Below, one piece after another: positions 1 to 10,058 of a DNA stretch of 64,000 nt; the first letter of the stretch is position 1; each line of letters opens with the position of its first letter. Below the pieces are notes generated by a model that saw only the letters and a list, made by a program, of their open reading frames with translations, searched no databases and was not told the DNA's origin. The translations under genes were made by a program, and so were the position numbers. The stretch is taken from positions 79,837-143,836 of IMG/VR virus record IMGVR_UViG_3300032241_002567. The stretch is one strand, 5' to 3'. This DNA comes from a virus.

Positions 1-173
1 CTAACACAATTACATCTAATGATACATCAGTTATTGCATCTGATATAACTGGGAAAATATATACTTTTGATGATTATAATGATTTATATGAAGAATATTT
101 AAAAAAAGGTGGCAAACCACTCAAAGATGGATTTATAAAATCTAATTTGGAAATTATTTTAACTAAACTATAA
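1..173 (+). CDS. 3' end of a hypothetical protein (truncated by window edge)
   Basis: Frame 3 open from window start (NTITSNDTSVIASD...EIILTKL) to TAA at 171-173, followed by a terminator. Confidence 0.6.
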   Translation, partial: NTITSNDTSVIASDITGKIYTFDDYNDLYEEYLKKGGKPLKDGFIKSNLEIILTKL

Positions 174-189
174 AACCATCAAAATAAAT

Positions 190-246
190 AAACATCAAAA
201 TAAAAAAAAGCTTCCAATTTGGAAGCTTTTTTTTATTTTGATGTTT
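190..246. terminator. Bidirectional intrinsic terminator, 28-bp perfect inverted repeat
   Basis: aaacatcaaaataaaaaaaagcttccaa-t-ttggaagcttttttttattttgatgttt between convergent genes. Confidence 0.85.
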
Positions 247-3200
247 TTATAGCGATTGAAATCCTCCCGCTTGAATTGCTCCTGTTTTAAGTACTGTAAT
301 ATTATTTACAATAACTGACATTCCCTTAATCGGTTCTATATATGTGTCTAATACACCTATTTGATTATCAATTAATGTAGTTGTATTATTCTCTGAATCA
401 CACTTGTTGAAGTAATTATATAAACCATTTTTATTAACAAATCCTGCACAAATAACATCAGCTCTTAATTTAATTTCAGCTCTAGTATCTTGTGTGTTAA
501 ATTGCCATTGATAATTTAATAACATATCAACTAAGGCATTTTCTAATTCAATAAGAACTTCTCTAACATGTAAAAAAGATAATGCTGATTTATAAAGTGT
601 TAATGCTGTATTTTCTGTATCAATTATCCAACCTCTATTCTTTTTATAAATAATTGGATTCATTTGAGCACCGTTTAAATTATTTATATCAGTTGGTGAA
701 AAATCCATTTCAACACCTGCAATTCCTTGTATTAATCCATTTTGCACGCCAGCCGCAATAGTCCAAGGAACAATTGAAGTTACATTTGTAGTAAATTTCC
801 TCATATAAGTTGAAGCTACAAACATTGCTGGCGGAACACTTATCGGATTACCATTATCATTTACAGTTAAATATGGAGTAAAATAACCTACACAAGTTGT
901 ACCTGCACCTTCACCAAAAGAATATAAGAAAGCTGGATTGTTATTTATATCTCCACCTTGTGCTATTAATGCTGTATCTAAAACCTTAGTTCCATTTGAT
1001 AGTGTGTTTGTAAAACTTGGTGAAGATGAATTTTTAAATTGTTTTAATGAAGGCATATTAATGAAACCTAAACAATTTAATCTACCACCACATATATCAA
1101 CTAATTGTTGTTTTGAAAATTCTGTTAAACCAAGACCAAAAGAATCAACTAAATATCTAAAATCAATTGCATCTTTATTGATAAGAGCATTATATAAAGG
1201 TGTTCCTTTAGCAACTAAATTTAAAATATTATTTTGTGTTGCTTCTGTACCATCTGGAAGAGAAGCTTGACGAATTCTAAATCCTTGAAGTGGTATAGCT
1301 TTATAAGTAGTCACATAATTATCAAGAGATGAATATCTCATTGTTTGATAAGTAGTTGATGTAGGGCTTCCAACTGGGAATTTAAATATTGCCGCATCAC
1401 ATGTTATTAAGGATAATGTTGTATCTGCGCTATAAACTTTTTTAGAAATAATTCTTGTTAAATTTTTAGCTTGTTGTCCTACTTGTAAATCAGCAGAAGA
1501 ATTATCTTGAAGTAAGAAATCTCCTACAGCTAAATTAGAATATCTACTAGAATTTATAAGTATTTGATTAGAAACTTGTGTATAACCACTAGGTACAACT
1601 ATCTCAATTGTTTCTTGATAATTAGATTCATACGAATTAATATTAAATGTCCCATTAATTCCCCAATTATTAAATAATGAAGTATGATTACCTTGATAAG
1701 TATAAAGATCATTTCCAGTTATTTTAATTGTTAAATTATTATTTGAATTTATATTCATTGCTAAATAATATTTAGTATCAGTGCTCCATATTCTATTAAT
1801 ATTATATAAAGTTTCAGATGTAACCGAATCAGAAACTAAATAAGTATAAGTATTTGATGTTGTAATACCTAAAATAGTAGTATAATTATACCCTATAGGA
1901 TGTGAACCATATGGATCTGTTTCAATTGTTAAGACTCCATTATTTAATACTGAATCTGGAACCATTAGATTGAAATATGATACTCCTAAATTATTATTAA
2001 ATGGATTACCACTTTGTGCACCCTGTATTGAGATAAAGTTTAAACCATTATAAACAGCTGATGAACCAGTCAATCCAGATGTATTTATAAAATGTATTGT
2101 TGAGGCTGTATATGTTGCTGTTCCATTTGTTGAAAGAACATTTGCATAAAAATAATCACCTGTATTAATTTCACCATTATAATAATCTTGATAAATAGTT
2201 GAATATTGTCCTGCTACACCATATGCACTTGCTCCAATTAGTGAATTGCTTGCTGGTAATGAACTAGTAATAATTTCATTATCAGAAAGTATTAATTCAT
2301 TATCACTTGCATAAATTAAAAATCCATTAGCACTATTAAATGTAGGTAAAACATAATTATAAAATTGGGTACTTGTAAAGCCCATATTCGAAATAGTTAT
2401 TGATTTGTTTAATGTATTATCAGTAACTGCACTTATAGACATATTAGCCATACTAAACTTTTGATAAACACCTGTACTGTCAATAACAGTCATAATTGCT
2501 GCCTTTTCGATTTCAACGGATTCTAATAAAGTTCTTAAAGCATTGAATCTTTTAATTCTTCTATATTGTGTATAGTTTGATGTATCCGGAAATGCTGCTG
2601 AATTAGTAAAAGTTAATGTAATAGAATTTAATCCACTTGATGTAATAACATAATCTGTATTATATTGCAAATCATTATAAGCAAAACTACCATTACTAGC
2701 TGAATTTGTACCAATTGTAATATTACTGTAACTTAGACCGACTATATTTCCACTATTTAAATTTAATTGCATATAACCTAAAACTATATCAGTAGTGGCT
2801 ACTGTAGGATTTACACCAGGTGTTGTTGAAGTCACATTGGTAATTGCGCCGGTTGTATCTAATTTAATAGTGCTTATATAGGAATAAGTTCCTGAAGCTG
2901 ATGCAAAATTTGTTGCTGGAACAGAAAACGTATAAACACCGCTATAAATATTCACTAAATTACCACCAATAATTGCGTATGCTGATTGATTATTATAAAC
3001 GTTATTTCCAGAGGCAACTGTGTAACTTACAGCAGCTGTAAGTGAACTAAAAGTTGAAGTATTAAAATAAACACCACTAACTCTTTCTTCTGCAAAAGTA
3101 TTAGTTCTAATAGAACCACCATATCCATTATAAAAATCATAACTTGGTCCAGGATCTATTGAATAAACATTACCTACTGTATCTAAATAAGTATTAGTAT

Positions 3201-4227
3201 AACTATTTATAGTTACTAACTGTTGATTATAAGATAAAAAATCTATTGATTGCTGGTTTGAATCTAATAAACTATCGCTATTTATTAAGTTATTACCAAG
3301 TAAATCAATTGCTCCTGTTGGAAAATCTTGTTCTAATAAATCAGAATTAAAAGCGCAGAATAAACCAGTAACTTGTGTGTCTTGATTTATAACATTTTCA
3401 ATAAAAATATTTTGATTATTTTGATCTCTAAAATATGGAATAAAACTTAAACCTTGATAATATTTAAGTAAAGTAACATTTCTATCATTAATAAAATTTT
3501 GAACTTGTCCTTTTAATAAACCAGTTGAATCAAAATATTTAGACCAATTAGTATCAACTGATAGAGATTGATAATTTGACCAATCACCTGCTACTACTAC
3601 TACATCTACCATGTAATCTGATACATAATCAGTTGGATAAACATATGACGGGATATTTGTAACTGAACCATACCATTGAGTCATAGTAACATCAAATCCA
3701 GTTGCGGTTGTTTTGAAAACAAATGCTGTTATATAAGATCCAGATACATTAGTAAAATTAAGAAGTCTTTTAGAATAATTTTCATTATTTGAAACTAATG
3801 ATAAGAAAGAATCTGTGCTTAATTTCCAAAAACCAGTTGTGTCATAAAAAGCACTTAATGATCCAGTTTTAATAACATCATTAGAATTGTTAGTAGATGT
3901 TGATAAAGGTTCATATTGTATTTGATCTAAAATAGGATCTGTTTCTAGAAGGTTTAAAGCATATACTGGTGAAGATTGAATCATCTGAGCAATTGTTCTT
4001 TGAAAAAAAGAACCTTTTCTTTCTAATGTTCTATCAATACCACCGAAATAGTTTGTTAAATCTTGTGTTGTTTGAATAAGCACAGGAGTATTTATAGGAC
4101 CAGTCTTAGAAACACCTATAACTAAATTTGTAATACCTTGAACTGTGTTACTAGATAATACGCTATTGTCATATTCGTTTATAAAAATTCCTGGTCTTTT
4201 ATAATTACTTATTATTACTGCTGGCAT
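247..4227 (-). CDS. Contractile tail sheath protein (T4 gp18-like) with large internal insertions
   Basis: N-terminal RPGIFINEYD and GPINTP motifs; C-terminal VPPAMFVA, WTIAAG, MNPII, LHVREVL, CDSENNT and IEPIKGM sheath motifs; 1326 aa. Confidence 0.9.
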   Translation of the reverse strand: MPAVIISNYKRPGIFINEYDNSVLSSNTVQGITNLVIGVSKTGPINTPVLIQTTQDLTNYFGGIDRTLERKGSFFQRTIAQMIQSSPVYALNLLETDPILDQIQYEPLSTSTNNSNDVIKTGSLSAFYDTTGFWKLSTDSFLSLVSNNENYSKRLLNFTNVSGSYITAFVFKTTATGFDVTMTQWYGSVTNIPSYVYPTDYVSDYMVDVVVVAGDWSNYQSLSVDTNWSKYFDSTGLLKGQVQNFINDRNVTLLKYYQGLSFIPYFRDQNNQNIFIENVINQDTQVTGLFCAFNSDLLEQDFPTGAIDLLGNNLINSDSLLDSNQQSIDFLSYNQQLVTINSYTNTYLDTVGNVYSIDPGPSYDFYNGYGGSIRTNTFAEERVSGVYFNTSTFSSLTAAVSYTVASGNNVYNNQSAYAIIGGNLVNIYSGVYTFSVPATNFASASGTYSYISTIKLDTTGAITNVTSTTPGVNPTVATTDIVLGYMQLNLNSGNIVGLSYSNITIGTNSASNGSFAYNDLQYNTDYVITSSGLNSITLTFTNSAAFPDTSNYTQYRRIKRFNALRTLLESVEIEKAAIMTVIDSTGVYQKFSMANMSISAVTDNTLNKSITISNMGFTSTQFYNYVLPTFNSANGFLIYASDNELILSDNEIITSSLPASNSLIGASAYGVAGQYSTIYQDYYNGEINTGDYFYANVLSTNGTATYTASTIHFINTSGLTGSSAVYNGLNFISIQGAQSGNPFNNNLGVSYFNLMVPDSVLNNGVLTIETDPYGSHPIGYNYTTILGITTSNTYTYLVSDSVTSETLYNINRIWSTDTKYYLAMNINSNNNLTIKITGNDLYTYQGNHTSLFNNWGINGTFNINSYESNYQETIEIVVPSGYTQVSNQILINSSRYSNLAVGDFLLQDNSSADLQVGQQAKNLTRIISKKVYSADTTLSLITCDAAIFKFPVGSPTSTTYQTMRYSSLDNYVTTYKAIPLQGFRIRQASLPDGTEATQNNILNLVAKGTPLYNALINKDAIDFRYLVDSFGLGLTEFSKQQLVDICGGRLNCLGFINMPSLKQFKNSSSPSFTNTLSNGTKVLDTALIAQGGDINNNPAFLYSFGEGAGTTCVGYFTPYLTVNDNGNPISVPPAMFVASTYMRKFTTNVTSIVPWTIAAGVQNGLIQGIAGVEMDFSPTDINNLNGAQMNPIIYKKNRGWIIDTENTALTLYKSALSFLHVREVLIELENALVDMLLNYQWQFNTQDTRAEIKLRADVICAGFVNKNGLYNYFNKCDSENNTTTLIDNQIGVLDTYIEPIKGMSVIVNNITVLKTGAIQAGGFQSL

Positions 4228-4254
4228 AATTGTATATTATTTTTATATTTATGT

Positions 4255-4263
4255 TATATATTA
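4255..4263 (-). promoter_or_regulatory. Putative late promoter TAATATATA (representative of about 20 exact copies)
   Basis: Same 9-mer lies just upstream of starts at 7548(-), 8472, 10046, 11378(-), 12016(-), 17522, 20288(-), 20702(-), 22743, 24114, 25209, 30949(-), 34246, 37420(-), 42076, 42541, 45074, 47778(-), 56022 and 58469(-); analogous to T4 TATAAATA; a gp55-like sigma is present. Confidence 0.75.
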
Positions 4264-4304
4264 ATATCTAAAATCATTTTTTGTCGATTTTAATTTCCAT
4301 TAGA

Positions 4305-4925
4305 TTATTGTTTTAGATTTTGAATCCTCTTCTTAGCCTCTTCTAATTCTTTTTTCTTTAAATCTAATTCTTTTTTAGCTTGTATCTTAAGATTAGCGGC
4401 ATTAGAATTTGCATCTTTCATTTTATTTTCTTGATCTTTTATATCATTTTGTGCTGTTTGAATATCATTTCTAGTAACTTGACTATCTCCTTGATTTTGT
4501 TGTAAATCTTTTTGTTTTTCTTCTAAATCTTTTTGTTTTTGTTGTAAAGTTTCCTCAGATTTTTTAACATTTCTTTCTTGTTCTAATTCTTCGGCATATT
4601 TAGCAAAAAGAGGATTAGATGGAGTATTAGGATCATCTTTTTGATCTGGATTTTTCCAAAGTATTTGTCCTTTAGTTTTAGAAGTTGGGTGTTTAAGAAA
4701 CTTTGCTGCTAATAATTTATTATATAAATCTTGTGCTATACCTGTTTCAGATGGTTTTTCATCATCGATATAAGTATCGTATATTTGTTTTAATTTAGCT
4801 TTATATTTATCAAATTGCTTTTTATTCATTTCAGATTGATTAAAAAGAGTCATGTCTGCCTTTATATCTAAAGGTACTTGCTCTTTATCTAAATCAAAAT
4901 TTTCGTATGTTTTTAAATATTTCAT
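4305..4925 (-). CDS. Coiled-coil protein with MKYLKTYENF leader (putative internal head protein)
   Basis: Shared N-terminal leader; K/E/Q-rich heptad C-terminal half. Confidence 0.7.
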   Translation of the reverse strand: MKYLKTYENFDLDKEQVPLDIKADMTLFNQSEMNKKQFDKYKAKLKQIYDTYIDDEKPSETGIAQDLYNKLLAAKFLKHPTSKTKGQILWKNPDQKDDPNTPSNPLFAKYAEELEQERNVKKSEETLQQKQKDLEEKQKDLQQNQGDSQVTRNDIQTAQNDIKDQENKMKDANSNAANLKIQAKKELDLKKKELEEAKKRIQNLKQ

Positions 4926-7525
4926 TTTCCTGCTAATAAATTATAATATGTTTCATATGAAATACCTTCAAAATCTTTTTTAAGTCTTGTAGGATCACTG
5001 AGTGTTTTACCAACAACAGATTCATCGCCAAATTCAGAACCTTTCATCAATTTAGCTAATGGTGCTCTAAGTTGTGTTTTTCTACCAATCCCTTTATCAG
5101 CACCAATAATAGTTGGCATAATGATTTCTTCTTCTATTTGGTCTGATAAATTTTTTTGATTCGTTGCTTTTTTTATACTTTTGAATTTAAATTTATTACC
5201 GTCTGATATAGGTTTTTCCATTTTAATTAATCCCATAAAGACATCACAATTAGCTTTGATTGGCTCATTGAAATAACTTTTTTCTAGTTGTGATCCACCA
5301 TAGTAAGCCCATATAAGACTTTCATTAAGCTTAGTGTATTTTACTAGTATATTGTTTTCTTGTTTTTCTATTACTTCACAAACTAATGTTGGATGTTTTG
5401 TTTTGATTATTTTTTTACCACTATTATCTTCTACTTCTTTTGAAGAAGTATATGTTATAGCAAAAAAGTTTCCTTTATCTAATTGATTATATGATAAACT
5501 TTTAGTTTCTTGCCAAAACAATTTATCACTAGTTTTAGTTTCATTTTCTAAATCTTTTTTATCATCAGAATATTTAGTTTCAATATCTTTCATATCTAGT
5601 CCAAAATATTTACTTATTAAAGTTGCTCTATTTTTTTCGTAAGATTTTAAAGTATTTTCATTAATCATATCTCTAATAAATTGCCCTAATGGATTGCCTG
5701 TAACAATTTTTTTACCCAATGTTGTTTTCATTTGCCCCCCACTTAATAACTTTTGATATCTAGGATTTTCTAATAAAGCAGAAATTTGATCAGTAAATTT
5801 ATCATATATTTTAATATTTACCCAAGGGCCATATCCAGGGCCAGCATTTTCACTAGGCACCGGCGCACTTTCTCTACTAGAACCAATATATTTATATTCA
5901 CTATAAGTTTGCATAGAAATTTTTCCATTAGGTCTATTTGAAGGTATAGTATTATGTTTATATAAACGATAGGCTTGACCAAATAAATTAGCAATAGAAA
6001 TTATACTTTCTCTTGCATCTTTATTTTGTTTCATTTCTTCTTTCATTTTATTGGTATTTGCTGGCATTTCAACACTATTTTCAACTTTTTCTGCAATTTC
6101 ATTTGCTTTTTTTAGTTCAACTTTCCATTTATTTTCTTCACCTTCAGAAAAATATTTTTCCCAAATTGTTTTAACGTTTTTTTCTTCACTTTCTTCGGTT
6201 TCATTTTCTTCTATCGATTCAACTTCTTCTTTTGATATATTTTCTTCTTCTGGTGATGGGGGAAGTGTAGCAATTTCCTCAAAAATTAAAGATTCTTTTT
6301 TAAGTGAGGAAATATTATATTCTTTTAACATAGATTCATATAAATTTATTATATTATCTATGTTAAGATATTTTTTATCTTTTAATGAATAAAATATTTG
6401 TAACATTGAAGCTATATCTTTTGAAATTTTATCAATATTTAAAGATTCGGTTACTGAAAAGCCTTTTATTTCATTAAAATTTTCTATAATAGAATAACCT
6501 AATTTTTTCAACTCATCTGAATTCTGATTATTTACCAATGTTCTTATTTCATTTAAATTTGATTTTAAATTTAAGTTAAAGACTCTTAATAGATTTTCAT
6601 ATGTTTTATCAGTTTGAATATGTACTGGTAAATTACTTTCTTTTATAAAATTAAAATATTTTAATTGTAAAAAATTTTCTTGTAATAAGCCATTTTTAAC
6701 AATTAAAACTTTTTTTGTCTTTGGATCAGTATAATCAATATTTATAACTGGTTCTAATTTTACATTTTTTGGATCAATAGTAAATATTGTTTTTGGGTAT
6801 GTTATATATTGCAATTTTAAACCATTTGTATCTATATCTAAAATTTTAACAAATCCAATTTTATTGTCCTTTGATGTATATTTATAAATTTTTCCCTTTT
6901 CAAATTTAGATTCTTCTTGTTTTTTTGGTTCATTTTGTATTTCATTGCCAAATATTAATAATTCTTTCAAAAATGATAAAACAGAATCATCAAAATTATC
7001 TTCTATTTGTTCTTCTTGTTTTGGAATTTTCATTTTTTCAAGTTCTTCTTTGAATTTTTCTAATTTATCAATTAAATCTTGTTTATTTCCTCCTTCGAAA
7101 CTATCATCAGGAAGTTTATTTATGAAATCTATGCAACCTGATATTAAACCATTTTCACCATTTTCTTTATCTAAAAGAAATTTAATTTTTTCTTCATCTG
7201 TTCGCTCACCAGCTACTATATTATAAATTTCTCTTAAAATTTCTTTGACTAATAAATCATTAGCAGCATTTTTTTCATCTGAAAAAGCAACTGCTATATT
7301 TTCTAATTCTTTTTCAATTGATTTAACTACTCCATCAATTTTAGTTAAATTATACCCAATTTTTAATTTTCTAATAGCTGAATTAATAAATCTACCTAAT
7401 AAAGATCCACCAAAAGTAATATTATTTGTTAATGAAGATTCATTTATTTTAAATTCTTCTTTTGTTTCAACTTTTATATCGTTAATTGTGGATAAAAATC
7501 CATTCCTATTGTATAAATATTTCAT
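4922..7525 (-). CDS. Large hypothetical protein, probable virion/internal protein
   Basis: 867-aa ORF with late motif at 7548; MKYL start, INE and internal LKYFNFIKES motifs; 4-bp overlap with downstream gene. Confidence 0.7.
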   Translation of the reverse strand: MKYLYNRNGFLSTINDIKVETKEEFKINESSLTNNITFGGSLLGRFINSAIRKLKIGYNLTKIDGVVKSIEKELENIAVAFSDEKNAANDLLVKEILREIYNIVAGERTDEEKIKFLLDKENGENGLISGCIDFINKLPDDSFEGGNKQDLIDKLEKFKEELEKMKIPKQEEQIEDNFDDSVLSFLKELLIFGNEIQNEPKKQEESKFEKGKIYKYTSKDNKIGFVKILDIDTNGLKLQYITYPKTIFTIDPKNVKLEPVINIDYTDPKTKKVLIVKNGLLQENFLQLKYFNFIKESNLPVHIQTDKTYENLLRVFNLNLKSNLNEIRTLVNNQNSDELKKLGYSIIENFNEIKGFSVTESLNIDKISKDIASMLQIFYSLKDKKYLNIDNIINLYESMLKEYNISSLKKESLIFEEIATLPPSPEEENISKEEVESIEENETEESEEKNVKTIWEKYFSEGEENKWKVELKKANEIAEKVENSVEMPANTNKMKEEMKQNKDARESIISIANLFGQAYRLYKHNTIPSNRPNGKISMQTYSEYKYIGSSRESAPVPSENAGPGYGPWVNIKIYDKFTDQISALLENPRYQKLLSGGQMKTTLGKKIVTGNPLGQFIRDMINENTLKSYEKNRATLISKYFGLDMKDIETKYSDDKKDLENETKTSDKLFWQETKSLSYNQLDKGNFFAITYTSSKEVEDNSGKKIIKTKHPTLVCEVIEKQENNILVKYTKLNESLIWAYYGGSQLEKSYFNEPIKANCDVFMGLIKMEKPISDGNKFKFKSIKKATNQKNLSDQIEEEIIMPTIIGADKGIGRKTQLRAPLAKLMKGSEFGDESVVGKTLSDPTRLKKDFEGISYETYYNLLAGK

Positions 7526-7660
7526 GAAAAAATATAATATTTTTAAGTATATATTAAACCTCTAAATCCTATTATAAAAAATTATAAAAAAACCTAATTT
7601 GAGGCATAAAATCTAATTTTTTTTGAAATATATAATGTATTAATTTAATAAATTAATTTT

Positions 7661-7945
7661 ATGAGATTCAAGGAATTAAAGGTAGGTGAAAAGATTTTAA
7701 CAAATTCTATGAATATAGAAGAAGAACTTACCAAACACAATATGCAGTGGTTAATTAACTCTGAAATAGAGAATGCTGTAGTGGAAATCAAAAACAATAC
7801 ATTAATCTGGAAAAATGGGACTTTTTTTGCTGGCAATTGGTATTATGGTATATGGCAAGATGGCAATTTTCACGGAACATGGGAAAATGGTATATGGGAA
7901 AATGGTCACTTTGACGGTAAATGGAAGTCTGGGATTAAAAACTAA
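7661..7945 (+). CDS. Hypothetical protein with [W/F]xxGx pentapeptide-like repeats
   Basis: WKNGT-FFAGN-WYYGI-WQDGN-FHGT-WENGI-WENGH-FDGK-WKSGI. Confidence 0.65.
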   Translation: MRFKELKVGEKILTNSMNIEEELTKHNMQWLINSEIENAVVEIKNNTLIWKNGTFFAGNWYYGIWQDGNFHGTWENGIWENGHFDGKWKSGIKN

Positions 7946-7979
7946 TCCAGAAATGGATATAAAAAATAAATTTTCTTTT

Positions 7980-8438
7980 ATGAAAAAGAAAAGGGTTTTA
8001 ACGAAAGTAAAAGAAATAACTGAAGTTATTTATGCATCAAGTAGAGTTAGAGTAAGTAAAGAATTAAACGGCGAATTATTTTTTGAAATTGAAAATGAAA
8101 TTACATCAGATTTATCAGAGGCAATAGCAATAGCATTACATAAGGGAATTATAGATAAAGAATTTTGGAAAATAACATTTAATATTGATATAAATAATAT
8201 ATCTCCTGATAAAGCTTTATACTGGCTTTCAGGCGGTGACATAGAATGGATTTCTAAAAACCATTATAACTTTAATTGGTCAGAAGTTTATTTAGCTTAC
8301 CAGGAAGAATTTGGACTAAGTATCATAGATATTATATCTAATTCATATAATTTTGAAGAAATTAAAAAAGAATTTTTAAATAAATTAAATCTTTCTATCT
8401 TATATGAATTCGCACTTGAAAATAATTTTGTTAAATAA
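7980..8438 (+). CDS. Hypothetical protein
   Basis: Track ORF 7815..8438; start moved to the ATG at 7980 (7953 also possible) to avoid overlap; followed by terminator. Confidence 0.6.
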   Translation: MKKKRVLTKVKEITEVIYASSRVRVSKELNGELFFEIENEITSDLSEAIAIALHKGIIDKEFWKITFNIDINNISPDKALYWLSGGDIEWISKNHYNFNWSEVYLAYQEEFGLSIIDIISNSYNFEEIKKEFLNKLNLSILYEFALENNFVK

Positions 8439-8475
8439 TTAAAAAGGAAGGCATATTAATGCCTTCCTTTTTAAT
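8438..8475 (+). terminator. Intrinsic terminator, 17-bp stem
   Basis: attaaaaaggaaggcat-atta-atgccttcctttttaat. Confidence 0.8.
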
Positions 8476-8484
8476 ATATACACT

Positions 8485-8754
8485 ATGGAAAATAAATCAA
8501 TTTGCTCAAATCCATGGTGTAAAGCACCTTATTCATATGAAGGAGATATTGCTCCTGGTCAATGTCCTAAATGTATAAGTTTTGATAAAGACTTATCAGG
8601 TGGAGTTACTTGGGTTACGAAAAATTATACAGAACCAAGAGACGATGGTAGAGTACACGAAATTATGATAAATATGGATGGAATGAGTAAATCAAATTAT
8701 AGTGGAAATGGAAGACCTTTATTGGGTTTAATTAAAAAATTTTTAGGAAAATGA
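8485..8754 (+). CDS. Small zinc-ribbon protein
   Basis: CSNPWC...CPKC; late motif at 8472. Confidence 0.7.
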   Translation: MENKSICSNPWCKAPYSYEGDIAPGQCPKCISFDKDLSGGVTWVTKNYTEPRDDGRVHEIMINMDGMSKSNYSGNGRPLLGLIKKFLGK

Positions 8755-9593
8755 TAGGACACATTTTTGATATTGATACATTAATTAGTGTTGATTCACA
8801 TCCTTGGATTGTTGATAAAAATAATCCAAATAATCCGTTAATGAAAATTTCTAAAACAGATTATAATTTATTTAAAAATGGAGTTTATAAAAAGCAAGGA
8901 AATAAAATCGAATATAATGGAAAAACATATTGGCTTCCAAGTGATGTGTTTGAAAAATTAAAAGTTATTGCTAAAAAAAATAAAATTGGATTGAATGACT
9001 TTGCTATATCTTTAAAAGAATTTTTAAATGAAGATATGGCTGATGAATTAAATTTTGAAATAAATTGGGAATCTATTAAACATTTAAAAAATAAAAACGA
9101 AGATATTTATATAGTTTGCTCTAATAATACTGAAAAATATTATGGAAAAATTTTAAAGAAATTAATGGAAAAATTAAAATGGGAAGGAATAGATGTTAAG
9201 AAATTTTATTATATTAATGAAACATTTTACAATATTAATACCGATGAAATAATTTTTAAAAAGGCATTAATTAATTTACAACATTTAATAGGATATGAAA
9301 TTCAAAAAGAAAAGTTTATAGATAAAGAAGTTACAAAATATTCAAAATTAAATTTTTATGATAATGACTTTGACACATTAAAAATGATAGATGAAATTAA
9401 TTCATATTTAAGGTTTATATTATCTAAATCAGATGTTGGAATCAAACAAGTTGTAAAAGAAGGAATTGACTATGATAAACCAGAATTTGTAGTAAATAAA
9501 ATAACAGGAAATAAATATAATAATATTATAACAAAATCAGTTAAAATTAATAATTCTTATCTAATGAAATTTGAAAATTTTAAATGGAAATAA
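8751..9593 (+). CDS. Hypothetical protein, possible HAD-like fold
   Basis: N-terminal IFDIDTL and late FYDND motifs; C-terminal YLMKFENF resembles the shared leader. Confidence 0.6.
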   Translation: MIGHIFDIDTLISVDSHPWIVDKNNPNNPLMKISKTDYNLFKNGVYKKQGNKIEYNGKTYWLPSDVFEKLKVIAKKNKIGLNDFAISLKEFLNEDMADELNFEINWESIKHLKNKNEDIYIVCSNNTEKYYGKILKKLMEKLKWEGIDVKKFYYINETFYNINTDEIIFKKALINLQHLIGYEIQKEKFIDKEVTKYSKLNFYDNDFDTLKMIDEINSYLRFILSKSDVGIKQVVKEGIDYDKPEFVVNKITGNKYNNIITKSVKINNSYLMKFENFKWK

Positions 9594-9625
9594 AAAAAGC
9601 GGTTTTAAACCGCTTTTTTTATTTC
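9587..9625. terminator. Bidirectional terminator, 19-bp arms
   Basis: gaaataaaaaaagcggttt-t-aaaccgctttttttatttc, covers both stop codons. Confidence 0.85.
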
Positions 9626-9984
9626 TTTTTCTTCCTTGCTTTAGCTTTTTTTGCCTGTGCCCATAATTTAGCATCCGCCTTTCTTGCTCCGCCAGCACCA
9701 GTTATAAACGAATTGACTCTTCCGGTTGCCCAAGCTTCCTGAGGTGTACCAGGACGATGTCCGGAATTCCAAGCGGCTCTTCCTTTTTTATATACTTTTT
9801 TTAGAATAGAAGAAGGTATACCACTTGCCTTTGATTTATTTGCTATCATTTTTGCGGCTTTTGAATTTGGATTATCAACCGAACCTGATTCTGAGCCTTC
9901 TAAAATAATATCTTCTATTAAATAGAAATAATCTTTAAAATCAATATCTTCGCAAAAATTTTCAAAAGTTTTAATATTTACCAT
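9619..9984 (-). CDS. Basic DUF5824-like viral protein with leader MVNIKTFENF
   Basis: SGIPSSILKKVYKKGRAAWNSGHRPG...WATGRVNSF motif. Confidence 0.65.
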   Translation of the reverse strand: MVNIKTFENFCEDIDFKDYFYLIEDIILEGSESGSVDNPNSKAAKMIANKSKASGIPSSILKKVYKKGRAAWNSGHRPGTPQEAWATGRVNSFITGAGGARKADAKLWAQAKKAKARKKKK

Positions 9985-10058
9985 AAATAAGTTATTTACT
10001 TATATATTTTGAATAAAATCATAACACCAGGAACGTGCCCACTATTAATATATAATAT

